Shown here in pieces: positions 10,246 to 19,238 of a DNA stretch of 64,000 nucleotides. Each line of letters starts with the position of its first letter. The first letter of the stretch is position 1. Under the pieces are notes generated by a model. That model searched no databases, was not told the DNA's origin, and worked only from the letters and a program-made list of their open reading frames with translations. The position numbers and the translations under genes were made by a program. Source of the stretch: Elusimicrobiaceae bacterium (lineage in GTDB: Bacteria; Elusimicrobiota; Elusimicrobia; Elusimicrobiales; Elusimicrobiaceae). The stretch covers positions 114,721 to 178,720 of the forward strand of contig JAZNNM010000002.1 of the NCBI GenBank assembly GCA_045580265.1, read 5' to 3'.

Positions 10246-10995
10246 TTAAATGGGGTTGGCTATGTCTATAAATTCGGTTTGTACATCAAACCGTTTGGCT
10301 ACCAATTCCATAAGTGCCTTCACACCTGCTTTTTCGGAATTGTAATGCCCCAAGGCGACACAATTAATACGCCCTTCTCGGCACCATTCTTGGACGGGTT
10401 CGTCCACCACGCCGGTAACGTACAAATCCATTTTTTGGCTGATTGCTTGCGGCAAAAGACTGTGTGCTCCGCCACTTACTACTGCTAAAGAACCGATTTC
10501 CTTCGGCCCGTAAGCAAAAACCTGTGCTTGGGTTTGGCAGTAGTTTTCCAAGGTGGCTACCAGTTGATCCAGCGGAGTGTTAACGATACCCGAAAAACCG
10601 ATAGTTTCCCCGTGGTATACTCCAAAAGGTTGCACCCGTTGTGCGCCGACAGCTTTCATTAAGCAAGCATTATGACCCACTACGGAGTGTTTATCCAACG
10701 GTAAATGAAATGCAGCCAAGTTAATATCATTTTTTAAAAGAAAGGCCACCCGTTCTTTTAAAAGCCCGGTAAGCGGTTGTTCCTGCCCCCATAAAAGACC
10801 ATGGTGCACGATAATCATATCCGCTCCCGCCGCTTTGGCTTTGTGAAAGAGTTGCAACGAAGCCGACACGCCAAATGTAATTTTTCCGACGCGCGGCGTC
10901 CCTTCTACCTGCAAACCGTTATGGCTGGCATCCGGTATTTGGGCACTGTTTAAATAAGTATCTAAAAAGTGCAGGACGTCTTCACAATTCACCAT
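10246..10995 (-). CDS. Nif3/YbgI-like dinuclear metal-centre protein
   Basis: NGLQVEG, IVHHGL, FHLPLD and GHYNSE motifs. Confidence 0.92.
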   Translation of the reverse strand: MVNCEDVLHFLDTYLNSAQIPDASHNGLQVEGTPRVGKITFGVSASLQLFHKAKAAGADMIIVHHGLLWGQEQPLTGLLKERVAFLLKNDINLAAFHLPLDKHSVVGHNACLMKAVGAQRVQPFGVYHGETIGFSGIVNTPLDQLVATLENYCQTQAQVFAYGPKEIGSLAVVSGGAHSLLPQAISQKMDLYVTGVVDEPVQEWCREGRINCVALGHYNSEKAGVKALMELVAKRFDVQTEFIDIANPI

Positions 10996-11020
10996 AGATT
11001 TATGTTATCATTTTATTAGA

Positions 11021-12928
11021 ATGAAAAGAATACTTTTTTTACTTATTTTTTTTATTTTAATCGCTTCTACTGTTAAGGCGGGGGAGATTCCCGTAGCACC
11101 TTATTTGCCTGCCCAAGAAAAAAAGATATCCTCTCCTGCTCCGATTACGGTGCAATATCCTTACGAAAAAATGACTGTTTCCCGTGGAGCCCAAAATATT
11201 TTTTTATTTGGAAAAATCAATTTGTCGGGAAAAGTTGCGTTAGATATTAACGGGGTCGCTGTTCCCGTTCACCCCAATGGGGCTTTTTTGGCTTTTTTAC
11301 CGACGGAAAACGGAGAAAATACTTTTTTGTTAACTGCTAGTAACGGACAGGAAACGGCTCAAGCCGTTCGCCATGTACGTGTGCCGGGAGTAAAATTGAA
11401 AGATCTTACTCGTAAGGCTGGTTTTGATCCGGAAGAAATATTTCCGCAAGCCTCAACGGAACTATTGCCGGGGGATAGTGTGGGGCTTTATGCACGCGGA
11501 ACACCCGGCGCAGAAATGACGGTTACACTCTCCGGATTAAAAAATGGGAAGAATATTCCCATGAAAGAAGTGGAATCTTCTCCTGGGCTGTATCGGGCGG
11601 AATACCTTATTGACCTTGAACAAAAGCCCAAAACGGCGAAGGTTGTATATCGCATGAAGAATGGTCCTAAAAAAACGAAAGCTAAAATAACGGCTCCTCA
11701 TAAATTGAAAGTGCGTTCACTGAAAGAACCTTTTACCTATGCCAGTGTTACCAGTCCGGGGGTAAAAATCCGCAAAATTCCTACCGCTCAGGAAAATCTG
11801 TATCCGTTTTACCGTGCCTATGGAACTGTGCAGGTTACGGGTCGAATGGATAATCAGTATCGTTTACGTCTTAATCAAGATGAATTTGCATGGCTAGAGG
11901 AGAGCAAATTAGAAAAGGTTTCTTCTTGGCCTAGTTTAAATCTGTTAACCGGTTTGGATATGAAGGCGGAAAAAGAGAAAACGCGTTTAGTTTTTAGCGG
12001 TAAACGACCGGTGGTGGTGCAAATTCATGAATTTAATGACCGAGTGGAAGTTTCCTTTTACTATACAAAGACTTTTGAAGGTAATTTTAACTTTGATGGA
12101 ACAAGCCCGCTCGTTAAAAATGTTGTTTGGTCTCAACCGAAAAAAGATACGGTTTTGTTTAAAATTTATTTTAAGGAAGGGACTCTCCCTTGGGGCCACG
12201 CGTATGATTTTGAAGAGAATAATTTTGTATTGGATATTATACACCGTCCCGAAATTACCCCTACCAAAAAGAAACCGTTAAAAGGTGTGCGTATTTTGTT
12301 AGATGCGGGGCATAGCCCTCGGCGTACAATTCCCTATGACGGGGCCGTAGGGCCGACGGGATATTTGGAATACGAAGCTAATTTAGCTTTGGCAGAAGAT
12401 TTAAAACCTTTGCTTGAAAGACAGGGAGCAACCGTTTTGATGACGCGTGAAGGAAATAATCGCAAATCACTGCAGGAGCGTTATAAGATGGCCTTGCAGG
12501 AAAAGGCGCATATTTTTATCAGCCTCCACTATAATGCTTTGCCCGAAACTTTTAATCCTTTCGCCAAGCCGAGAGGGTATTCCATCTATTATAATTATCC
12601 GCACAGTTTCGAGTTGGCAAAGGCTGTGTATGATTCTTTTACTCGTTTGGTTTCTTTGCCGGACGACGGATTGATTTCCAATGATGTTTTATTTATTCCG
12701 CGTATTCCGCAGTTACCCAGTATTTTAGTGGAGAATGCCTATCTGATTTTGCCGGAACAGGAAGAACTGGCCAAAACACGAGAAGGACGAGCCCCTTTTG
12801 TGCGGGCTATTTACGAAGGAATTTTAAACTTTTACGGAGTCACTCCCGAACCCGTTTTAACTAAAAAACGTAAAATTCGACAGAGACAAAAATCTCAAGG
12901 AAAGACCTATTTATCTCCTCAAAAATAA
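11021..12928 (+). CDS. Exported N-acetylmuramoyl-L-alanine amidase (Amidase_3) with N-terminal beta-rich domains
   Basis: Signal peptide; C-terminal ILLDAGHS, EYEAN, SLHYNA and ILVENAY zinc and catalytic motifs. Confidence 0.88.
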   Translation: MKRILFLLIFFILIASTVKAGEIPVAPYLPAQEKKISSPAPITVQYPYEKMTVSRGAQNIFLFGKINLSGKVALDINGVAVPVHPNGAFLAFLPTENGENTFLLTASNGQETAQAVRHVRVPGVKLKDLTRKAGFDPEEIFPQASTELLPGDSVGLYARGTPGAEMTVTLSGLKNGKNIPMKEVESSPGLYRAEYLIDLEQKPKTAKVVYRMKNGPKKTKAKITAPHKLKVRSLKEPFTYASVTSPGVKIRKIPTAQENLYPFYRAYGTVQVTGRMDNQYRLRLNQDEFAWLEESKLEKVSSWPSLNLLTGLDMKAEKEKTRLVFSGKRPVVVQIHEFNDRVEVSFYYTKTFEGNFNFDGTSPLVKNVVWSQPKKDTVLFKIYFKEGTLPWGHAYDFEENNFVLDIIHRPEITPTKKKPLKGVRILLDAGHSPRRTIPYDGAVGPTGYLEYEANLALAEDLKPLLERQGATVLMTREGNNRKSLQERYKMALQEKAHIFISLHYNALPETFNPFAKPRGYSIYYNYPHSFELAKAVYDSFTRLVSLPDDGLISNDVLFIPRIPQLPSILVENAYLILPEQEELAKTREGRAPFVRAIYEGILNFYGVTPEPVLTKKRKIRQRQKSQGKTYLSPQK

Positions 12929-12956
12929 AACCCCCGCTCTTATGAACGGGGGTTTT
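12927..12956. terminator. Bidirectional intrinsic terminator
   Basis: AAAACCCCCG-N10-CGGGGGTTTT between convergent genes. Confidence 0.8.
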
Positions 12957-12969
12957 ATAAACGGGAAGT

Positions 12970-13719
12970 TTATTTTTTAATTTGTACTTTAGACATCATG
13001 TCGTACATGATGATGCTGGCCGCCGCCGAAGCATTCAAGCTTTCCACACCGCCTTTTTGCGGAATGGAAATTACTTCGTCACAATTTTCGGCGGTTTTTT
13101 CACGGATACCAAATCCTTCGGAACCGATTACGAGTACCGCCGGAGAGGCATAATCCATGGTGGTGATGGATTTCCCGGCCATATCGGCACCGTAAATCCA
13201 AAACCCTTCTTCTTTTAAGTCGTTTAAAGCAGCGGAAAGGTTGGCTACTTCCACAATGTTAATGTTTTCAATAGCCCCACAAGCTACTTTGTATACGGCA
13301 GGGGTAATGCCTACAGTGCGGCGATTAGGCAAAATGATGGTGGAAAACCCCAAACAGGCAGCACTACGGATGATGGCTCCTAAGTTTTGCGGGTCGGTCA
13401 TTTCATCTACAGCTAACCATAAATCGTCTTTTTTCCCGTCTGCTTCATAGATAGCATTAGAAAGTTTCATCATTTTTACCGGCTGAATTTTTGCCATAAT
13501 GCCTTGATGGTTGGCGTTGTGGGTCAGGCGGTCTAAAATTTTATTTTCAATGCGGTCGATTTTCACGTTTTGACGTTTCGCCAAACGGATAATATCTTCC
13601 ACGGCGCGGTGTCCGGCCTTGGAATCGGATACATAAAGCTGTGTTACGTGGCGTTTTTTGCTACGTAATGCTTCTTGTACCGGATGAATCCCGTAAATCA
13701 TATCTAAATTATCGTTCAT
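12970..13719 (-). CDS. rlmB: 23S rRNA (Gm2251) 2'-O-methyltransferase, SpoU/TrmH family
   Basis: YGIHPV, NHQG, DPQNLGAIIRSA, IGSEGFG and ESLNASAA motifs. Confidence 0.9.
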   Translation of the reverse strand: MNDNLDMIYGIHPVQEALRSKKRHVTQLYVSDSKAGHRAVEDIIRLAKRQNVKIDRIENKILDRLTHNANHQGIMAKIQPVKMMKLSNAIYEADGKKDDLWLAVDEMTDPQNLGAIIRSAACLGFSTIILPNRRTVGITPAVYKVACGAIENINIVEVANLSAALNDLKEEGFWIYGADMAGKSITTMDYASPAVLVIGSEGFGIREKTAENCDEVISIPQKGGVESLNASAAASIIMYDMMSKVQIKK

Positions 13720-13731
13720 AAAATTCTCCTA

Positions 13732-14832
13732 TTAGCCGATTTCCGTTGAACCGAAACTCATGCCTACTTCTAAAGCATAGCGGACTTCTTCTCCGTGCGG
13801 ATCTACGCGTTTAAGTTTGGAAATAGCATCGGAAATTTTTACTTCTGTCATCTCAAATGCATGTAAGGAAGCCATATACCCGAACTTCCCTTCCACTACC
13901 ATATCCAATGCCTTGGCCCCGTAAAGGGTAGAGAGCCAACGGTCAAAAGCGGTAGGTGTACCGCCGCGTTGGGTATGCCCCAACACGCACGCGCGCGATT
14001 CGATTCCCGTTTTTTCTTCAATCATTTGACTTAATTTGTTGGCAATTCCACCCAGACGGATGGCATCTGTGCTGCCGGCCACAGTACGAGCGACGGCCAG
14101 CTCGCCCAGTTCATTTTTTGCGCCTTCCGCGGCCACCACAATACTAAAGTTTTTACCTTTGCTTTTACGATCTAAAATGTATTGAACGATGACGTCATCA
14201 TTGTACGGAATTTCGGGAATGAGTACAATATCGCCACCTCCTGCAATGGCGGAGCGAAGCGCAATCCAGCCGGCATAACGGCCCATAGTCTCTACGATCA
14301 TTACACGGTGGTGGCTTTGGGCGGTGGTATGCAAACGATCGATGGCCTCGGTGGCAATAGATAGTGCAGAATCAAAGCCGAATGTTTGATCGGTGGCGGA
14401 TAAATCGTTATCAATCGTTTTCGGTACAGCCACAATCGGCATACCGAGATCCACAAATTTTTGGGACATATGAAGCGTTCCGTCTCCACCGATAGTAATT
14501 AAAGCATCTAGTTGGTTGGCTTTAAAGTTATGCATGACTACGCTGGATAAATCGCGCGGGGTTTCCGGCGAACCGAAAGGGGGAATCGTATAGCTAAAAG
14601 GGTTGGCGATATTACTGGAGCCCAAAATGGTGCCACCCAAAGTTAAAATGCCGGAGACTGTTTCGTTGGTGATGTGTATGAATTCGTTGCGCACAAGGCC
14701 GTCAAAACCGTTTTTAAAACCTAATACTTCAATGCCGCGTTTGAGTGCATTTTTGCTTACGGCGCGGACAACAGCATTCAATCCGGGGCAGTCGCCACCG
14801 GCGGTTAAAATACCAATCTTTTTAATTGTCAT
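13732..14832 (-). CDS. pfkA: 6-phosphofructokinase (group III type)
   Basis: GGDCPGLN, IGGDGT, PKTIDND, MGRYAG and LGHTQRGG motifs. Confidence 0.93.
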   Translation of the reverse strand: MTIKKIGILTAGGDCPGLNAVVRAVSKNALKRGIEVLGFKNGFDGLVRNEFIHITNETVSGILTLGGTILGSSNIANPFSYTIPPFGSPETPRDLSSVVMHNFKANQLDALITIGGDGTLHMSQKFVDLGMPIVAVPKTIDNDLSATDQTFGFDSALSIATEAIDRLHTTAQSHHRVMIVETMGRYAGWIALRSAIAGGGDIVLIPEIPYNDDVIVQYILDRKSKGKNFSIVVAAEGAKNELGELAVARTVAGSTDAIRLGGIANKLSQMIEEKTGIESRACVLGHTQRGGTPTAFDRWLSTLYGAKALDMVVEGKFGYMASLHAFEMTEVKISDAISKLKRVDPHGEEVRYALEVGMSFGSTEIG

Positions 14833-14844
14833 TTTGATTCCCTC

Positions 14845-16536
14845 CTATAAATAGGCAGACAAGGCACTTAAGGCCCAAAGTACAAAAAATTGTCCGTCAA
14901 TTAACGTTTCGTCTTTTACGCTGCGGGTAGTGCTTTTGCTGTAATAATATACCACTATCGAAATTGTGTATACAAGCCCGAGTAAAAGCATGGCAACTAG
15001 CGATCTTTTCCACGGTAAAGACCACAGAATACCCAATACCGCCGCTAAAGAGACCAGCAAGGACGTGACTACCCATTTTGTTTTTTTCATACCAAAAGCT
15101 TTGTAAAAACTTTCTCTTCCAATGATAAGGTCTTTATTGGCAGAAGAAAATCCAAGCGTTACCGAACGCATAAATATCAGCAATATAGCATAGAAAATAG
15201 CTAAATACGAAGATTTTTTAAACAACATGCCGTTCGTTAAAGCCGGCAAAAATGCACAGCAGTATCCCCAACCAAGGGCGGTAAAAAAATCTTTGGTTCC
15301 CGGTAGAGAAAGAAGTTTGGACTTTAAGAAGTGGCGTGAAGGATACAACAGCCCTCCCACCAAAATAGGGAGCGTTAGCAATACTACCCAAATATCAATC
15401 ATTCCTCCGATTAACAAAGCAAATAAGAGGGAAGTGTAGCACAACCCGCGCGTAAGTTTGTGCGTACTTTGCGGTTTATCCTCATATACTCGGTTGAGGG
15501 ATGTTAATCCGAAAATGAAAAGCCAAGAAAAGAGGACGTATTTCCAATTAAACGGCAGCCCTTCCAATTTCATACACACATAAGTTAGGGCCGAAGCTGC
15601 AGAAGCCGTATACAGACAGTTACGTACTAAAAATTGCCATGCTTTTTGACAAAGATCAGCCGGTAAAAAAGCCGCATTGGATTTGCGTAATTCGCGTACA
15701 AATGCAGCCACGCGGTCAATCACCCAGTTAGGGGTGGAAGCTCCGGCCGTGATAAAGATTTTCTTGGCTTTCAATACTGTTATTTTATCCAGTTCTTCTT
15801 CCGTTTCTACGTGTTGTACGGCGGGGGCAAGGTCTTGGCACAAAAGTGCTAAGCGAGCTGTATTGGCACTATGTTTACCTCCCACAACAATTACCAAATC
15901 GGCACTTTTGGCCAGTTCGATGGTTTCTTTTTGGCGGTCTTTGGTTGGTTGGCAAATGGTGTTGGATACTTGGCATTCATCTGCGTGTTTTTTTATTTCT
16001 TCCGCTGTGGCATAAAAGACACTTTCTTTTTGTGTGGTTTGAGAAACAACGTTTACTTTGTCAAAATGCGGAAGTTGAGCGGCTTCTTCAGGGCCGGAAA
16101 CAACAGTGCCTTTTCCTTGTGCGTATCCTAGCAGGCCGATAACCTCGGCATGTCCTCCGTCCCCTACAATAACGGTATGATAACCTTGCTCGGCAAATTT
16201 AGCGATAATATTTTGTGCATGCTTTACCAACGGGCAGGTGGCATCTACTACTTCCATTCCGCAAGATTCGATTTCTTTTTGAAATTTGGGCGTAATGCCA
16301 TGAGCCCGAATGACGAGCACTCCATTTTTATCGGAGGCATCTTGCGGGTGATCAATAGAAGTAATTTGCTTGGCAGCCAACATATCGGTTACCTGTTTGT
16401 TATGAATCAGGGGACCGATGGTATAAACGGGTTTTTTGCCCGCAGCTTCCAGCTCCAGTACTTTATCTATTGCGCGTTTTACGCCGGGGCAGAACCCTGC
16501 GCTTTTGGCGACGGTAACGTCTTGTTGTTTCTCCAT
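14845..16536 (-). CDS. ispH: 4-hydroxy-3-methylbut-2-enyl diphosphate reductase fused to a C-terminal polytopic membrane domain
   Basis: AGFCPGV, DATCPLV, TICQPT, GGKHSANT and TAGASTP motifs in the first ~280 aa; the remaining ~270 aa are multi-TM. Confidence 0.9.
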   Translation of the reverse strand: MEKQQDVTVAKSAGFCPGVKRAIDKVLELEAAGKKPVYTIGPLIHNKQVTDMLAAKQITSIDHPQDASDKNGVLVIRAHGITPKFQKEIESCGMEVVDATCPLVKHAQNIIAKFAEQGYHTVIVGDGGHAEVIGLLGYAQGKGTVVSGPEEAAQLPHFDKVNVVSQTTQKESVFYATAEEIKKHADECQVSNTICQPTKDRQKETIELAKSADLVIVVGGKHSANTARLALLCQDLAPAVQHVETEEELDKITVLKAKKIFITAGASTPNWVIDRVAAFVRELRKSNAAFLPADLCQKAWQFLVRNCLYTASAASALTYVCMKLEGLPFNWKYVLFSWLFIFGLTSLNRVYEDKPQSTHKLTRGLCYTSLLFALLIGGMIDIWVVLLTLPILVGGLLYPSRHFLKSKLLSLPGTKDFFTALGWGYCCAFLPALTNGMLFKKSSYLAIFYAILLIFMRSVTLGFSSANKDLIIGRESFYKAFGMKKTKWVVTSLLVSLAAVLGILWSLPWKRSLVAMLLLGLVYTISIVVYYYSKSTTRSVKDETLIDGQFFVLWALSALSAYL

Positions 16537-16584
16537 ATCTATATTATAGAAAATATAAGGGTTTTTCGTTGGTAAAATCTAGGG

Positions 16585-17202
16585 TTAGAAACGAATTCCC
16601 GCACGGAGTAAGAGTTGGGTTTCCCAACGAGAGGGTAAGTGATAGAACGAGCCTACGGGGGTTTTATCGTTGTAGATAAAGCGAAGTTCGATTCCGGTGA
16701 ATATCATTTTCCAAATATCGGTTTCTATTCCCGCTCCCAATAAATAATAGTTTGCAGAGGAGGATTCTTTATAGTCAAAAATGTAATTTAGTTTGCGGGA
16801 CGTCTTTCCGACTCCTAACAGAAAGTAGGATCGGGGAAGGGTTTCTGTTGCCAAAAAAAGCTTTGCCGTGGCTCCGAATCGGTGAACCCTGTATTTTTCT
16901 ACTCCGGCTATTTTTTCGTTTGCAAAAGTGGTCCCTTCTATACCAAAAGCAAAGAAATCGGTTGCGTAAAATAAGGCTTGAGCGGAAAGCCCTTTTTGAT
17001 GGGAAAGCGCTTCCCAGCCGGAAGCATCTTTTAACTTTACAAAATCGGCTATACCTGCTACCGAAATTTCCCAAGAGGGAGAATCAGAAAAATTTTCAGA
17101 GGGGGAGGATGTTCCGGCTGTATAAAATTGAGCATGGCAAGGGATAAGCAGTACCGATAACATTACCAGAGAGAGCAGATTTTTAAGGAAAACTTTTTTC
17201 AT
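16585..17202 (-). CDS. Small outer-membrane beta-barrel protein
   Basis: Signal peptide MKKVFLKNLLSLVMLSVLLIPCHA, alternating beta-strand pattern, C-terminal GIRF. Start overlaps the upstream stop. Confidence 0.7.
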   Translation of the reverse strand: MKKVFLKNLLSLVMLSVLLIPCHAQFYTAGTSSPSENFSDSPSWEISVAGIADFVKLKDASGWEALSHQKGLSAQALFYATDFFAFGIEGTTFANEKIAGVEKYRVHRFGATAKLFLATETLPRSYFLLGVGKTSRKLNYIFDYKESSSANYYLLGAGIETDIWKMIFTGIELRFIYNDKTPVGSFYHLPSRWETQLLLRAGIRF

Positions 17203-17651
17203 TTTTCTAATTCCTTTAAATATCTTTCTAAAATATCCGCGGCGCTTTTTACTTTGTCCGGACACGGGCGGGATTTGTAGTACTGGGCCGTTCTCGGTTC
17301 CGGTACGGGACTGACGGTTGCAGTGGGTTGCCCCAATAATTCTCGACAAATGATAGATCCGTTTTCTGCTTTAAATCGGTTACAAATTTCTTGGACTCGA
17401 GCATAGAATAAAGATTTTTGAGAATGATCCGTAGGATCTTTCGGAGCATGTTTTAAAGAAAACATCATGCACATGGCGCTGACGGCACCGCAAATTTCTC
17501 GTTGGCGGCCCAAGCCTCCGCCAAAACAAGCAGATATTGCGCGAGCGGTGGTTTCGTCCATCCCCATATCGTTACAAAAAGCACAACATACGGCTTGTGC
17601 ACAGTTGTCTCCATTTAAAAAGAGGTCTTTTGCTTTGTCGCCTTTGGTCAT
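17199..17651 (-). CDS. C_GCAxxG_C_C family putative redox protein
   Basis: NCAQAV, FGGGLG, ICGAVSA, IICREL and CPDKV cysteine pattern. Confidence 0.88.
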   Translation of the reverse strand: MTKGDKAKDLFLNGDNCAQAVCCAFCNDMGMDETTARAISACFGGGLGRQREICGAVSAMCMMFSLKHAPKDPTDHSQKSLFYARVQEICNRFKAENGSIICRELLGQPTATVSPVPEPRTAQYYKSRPCPDKVKSAADILERYLKELEK

Positions 17652-17655
17652 AAAT

Positions 17656-18357
17656 TTATTTGAAAGAGGGTTTATAAATGAAAGAAAGCAAACTGTCTTT
17701 TACATGGTCTCTTCGCCAAGAAAAGAAGTTTTCTTTATCTCCGCAAGTGCAGTAATAGGGGAGTTTTATGTCGGTGGCTTCAACGCCGGCTGCTACGAGT
17801 TGTTGAGTAATTTCCGTATTTAAATTTACAAAAATTTTTCCTTTTTTATGTACAACACTCCTGGGAGAGAATTGGCAGGCTGTATCTTCTTGTACCTCAA
17901 AACAGCAACTCTGAATATGCGGTCCCGCCCAAGCAAAAATTTTCCCTTTTGCTCCGGCTTGGCGTAATGCTAGGGCTGTTTTGTTCGGAAGCTGTTTTAC
18001 TACACCGCGCCAACCACAATGAGAAAGTGCAAAATGATCGCCTGTTTCATTCCACAAAAAAAGAGGCACACAGTCGGCTGTTAAAATAGCCCCGCCCCAA
18101 CCATCTACAGAAAAAACCCACCCATCTGCTTGTTGAAGGGGAGCCTTTTGCACCGCCAAAGCGTCTTCTTGAGAAGAAATGTTTATTAACGTGTCGCTAT
18201 GGGTCTGTGAAAAGTGGAGTATTTTTTGGGGGGGAATGTCCAACTCTTTATAAATAGTTTCTTGCGCTTGGAGTTCGCGCATATTCCCCGTGTGACGAGA
18301 AAGCGTTCCGCCCACAAGGCCGCAAGAGAGCATTCGGTTATCGGCATAGATTTTCAT
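17656..18357 (-). CDS. pgeF: YfiH/PgeF polyphenol-oxidase-like (laccase domain) protein
   Basis: QTHS, ADG, LTADCVP, SHCGWRG, GPHIQSCCFEV and FFSWRR motifs. Confidence 0.88.
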   Translation of the reverse strand: MKIYADNRMLSCGLVGGTLSRHTGNMRELQAQETIYKELDIPPQKILHFSQTHSDTLINISSQEDALAVQKAPLQQADGWVFSVDGWGGAILTADCVPLFLWNETGDHFALSHCGWRGVVKQLPNKTALALRQAGAKGKIFAWAGPHIQSCCFEVQEDTACQFSPRSVVHKKGKIFVNLNTEITQQLVAAGVEATDIKLPYYCTCGDKENFFSWRRDHVKDSLLSFIYKPSFK

Positions 18358-19154
18358 ACGTTTAATTTTTTGAGCCGTACAGATGACGGTTTTTCCTCTA
18401 GTAAAATACCGGCCATTTCTTTAAAACGTTTAGGGTCATCGCTGGCATAAACGGTCAATTTTCCCCTTCCTTTGCTTTCCGCACAGTTTTGTTTTGATAG
18501 GAAATCCTGTACGGCTTGCGCTAACGTTTCGGAGGAGTCGACCAGTTTTACTTTTTTACCTAAGATTTTAGTGAGTAACGGTTTTAAAATGGGGTAATGG
18601 GTACAACCTAAAATAACGGTATCCGCTCCGCTTTTGGCTACTTTTTTTAAGTATTCTCGTGCAATCAATTCCGCTGCGGGTGTTTTGCCCCAATTTTCTT
18701 CCACTAAGGGAACAAATAGCGGGCAAGGCTGTTCTACTGTTTGAATGGTTGGAGAAAGTTTGGACAAGGCATGAACATATGCCTTGCTTTTAATGGTTCC
18801 TTCCGTCCCCAGTACAGCTACTTTTTGATTGTGCGTGCTTTGCACGGCTTTGGCTGCCCCCGGTTCAATGACGCCGATAACCGGCACAGCAATTTGCTTT
18901 TGCAATTGTGTTAAAGCCAAGGCGGAAGCTGTGTTGCAGGCAACTACGATAAGTTTGGCTTGCTGTCCTTGTAAAAACTGAGCAATTGCCAGAGAAAAAC
19001 GAGTGACGGCGTTTTTTGACTTGGACCCATAAGGTACGTTGGCGGTATCCCCGAAATAAATCAAATCTTCGTGGGGAAGTGTTTGACGAAGAGCCTTTAA
19101 AATCGTCAAACCTCCCAGGCCGGAATCAAAAACGCCAATAGGTTGCTTTTTCAT
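18354..19154 (-). CDS. murI: Glutamate racemase
   Basis: IGVFDSGLGG, VACNTAS and LGCTHYP motifs. Confidence 0.96.
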   Translation of the reverse strand: MKKQPIGVFDSGLGGLTILKALRQTLPHEDLIYFGDTANVPYGSKSKNAVTRFSLAIAQFLQGQQAKLIVVACNTASALALTQLQKQIAVPVIGVIEPGAAKAVQSTHNQKVAVLGTEGTIKSKAYVHALSKLSPTIQTVEQPCPLFVPLVEENWGKTPAAELIAREYLKKVAKSGADTVILGCTHYPILKPLLTKILGKKVKLVDSSETLAQAVQDFLSKQNCAESKGRGKLTVYASDDPKRFKEMAGILLEEKPSSVRLKKLNV

Positions 19155-19238
19155 ATAAGCTATTATAGTATTTATTCGGGAGAGGTGCCAATTTGGAAAA
19201 AATTTCCCTCTTGCTCTTCTTTGTGCTAGAATATCAAT

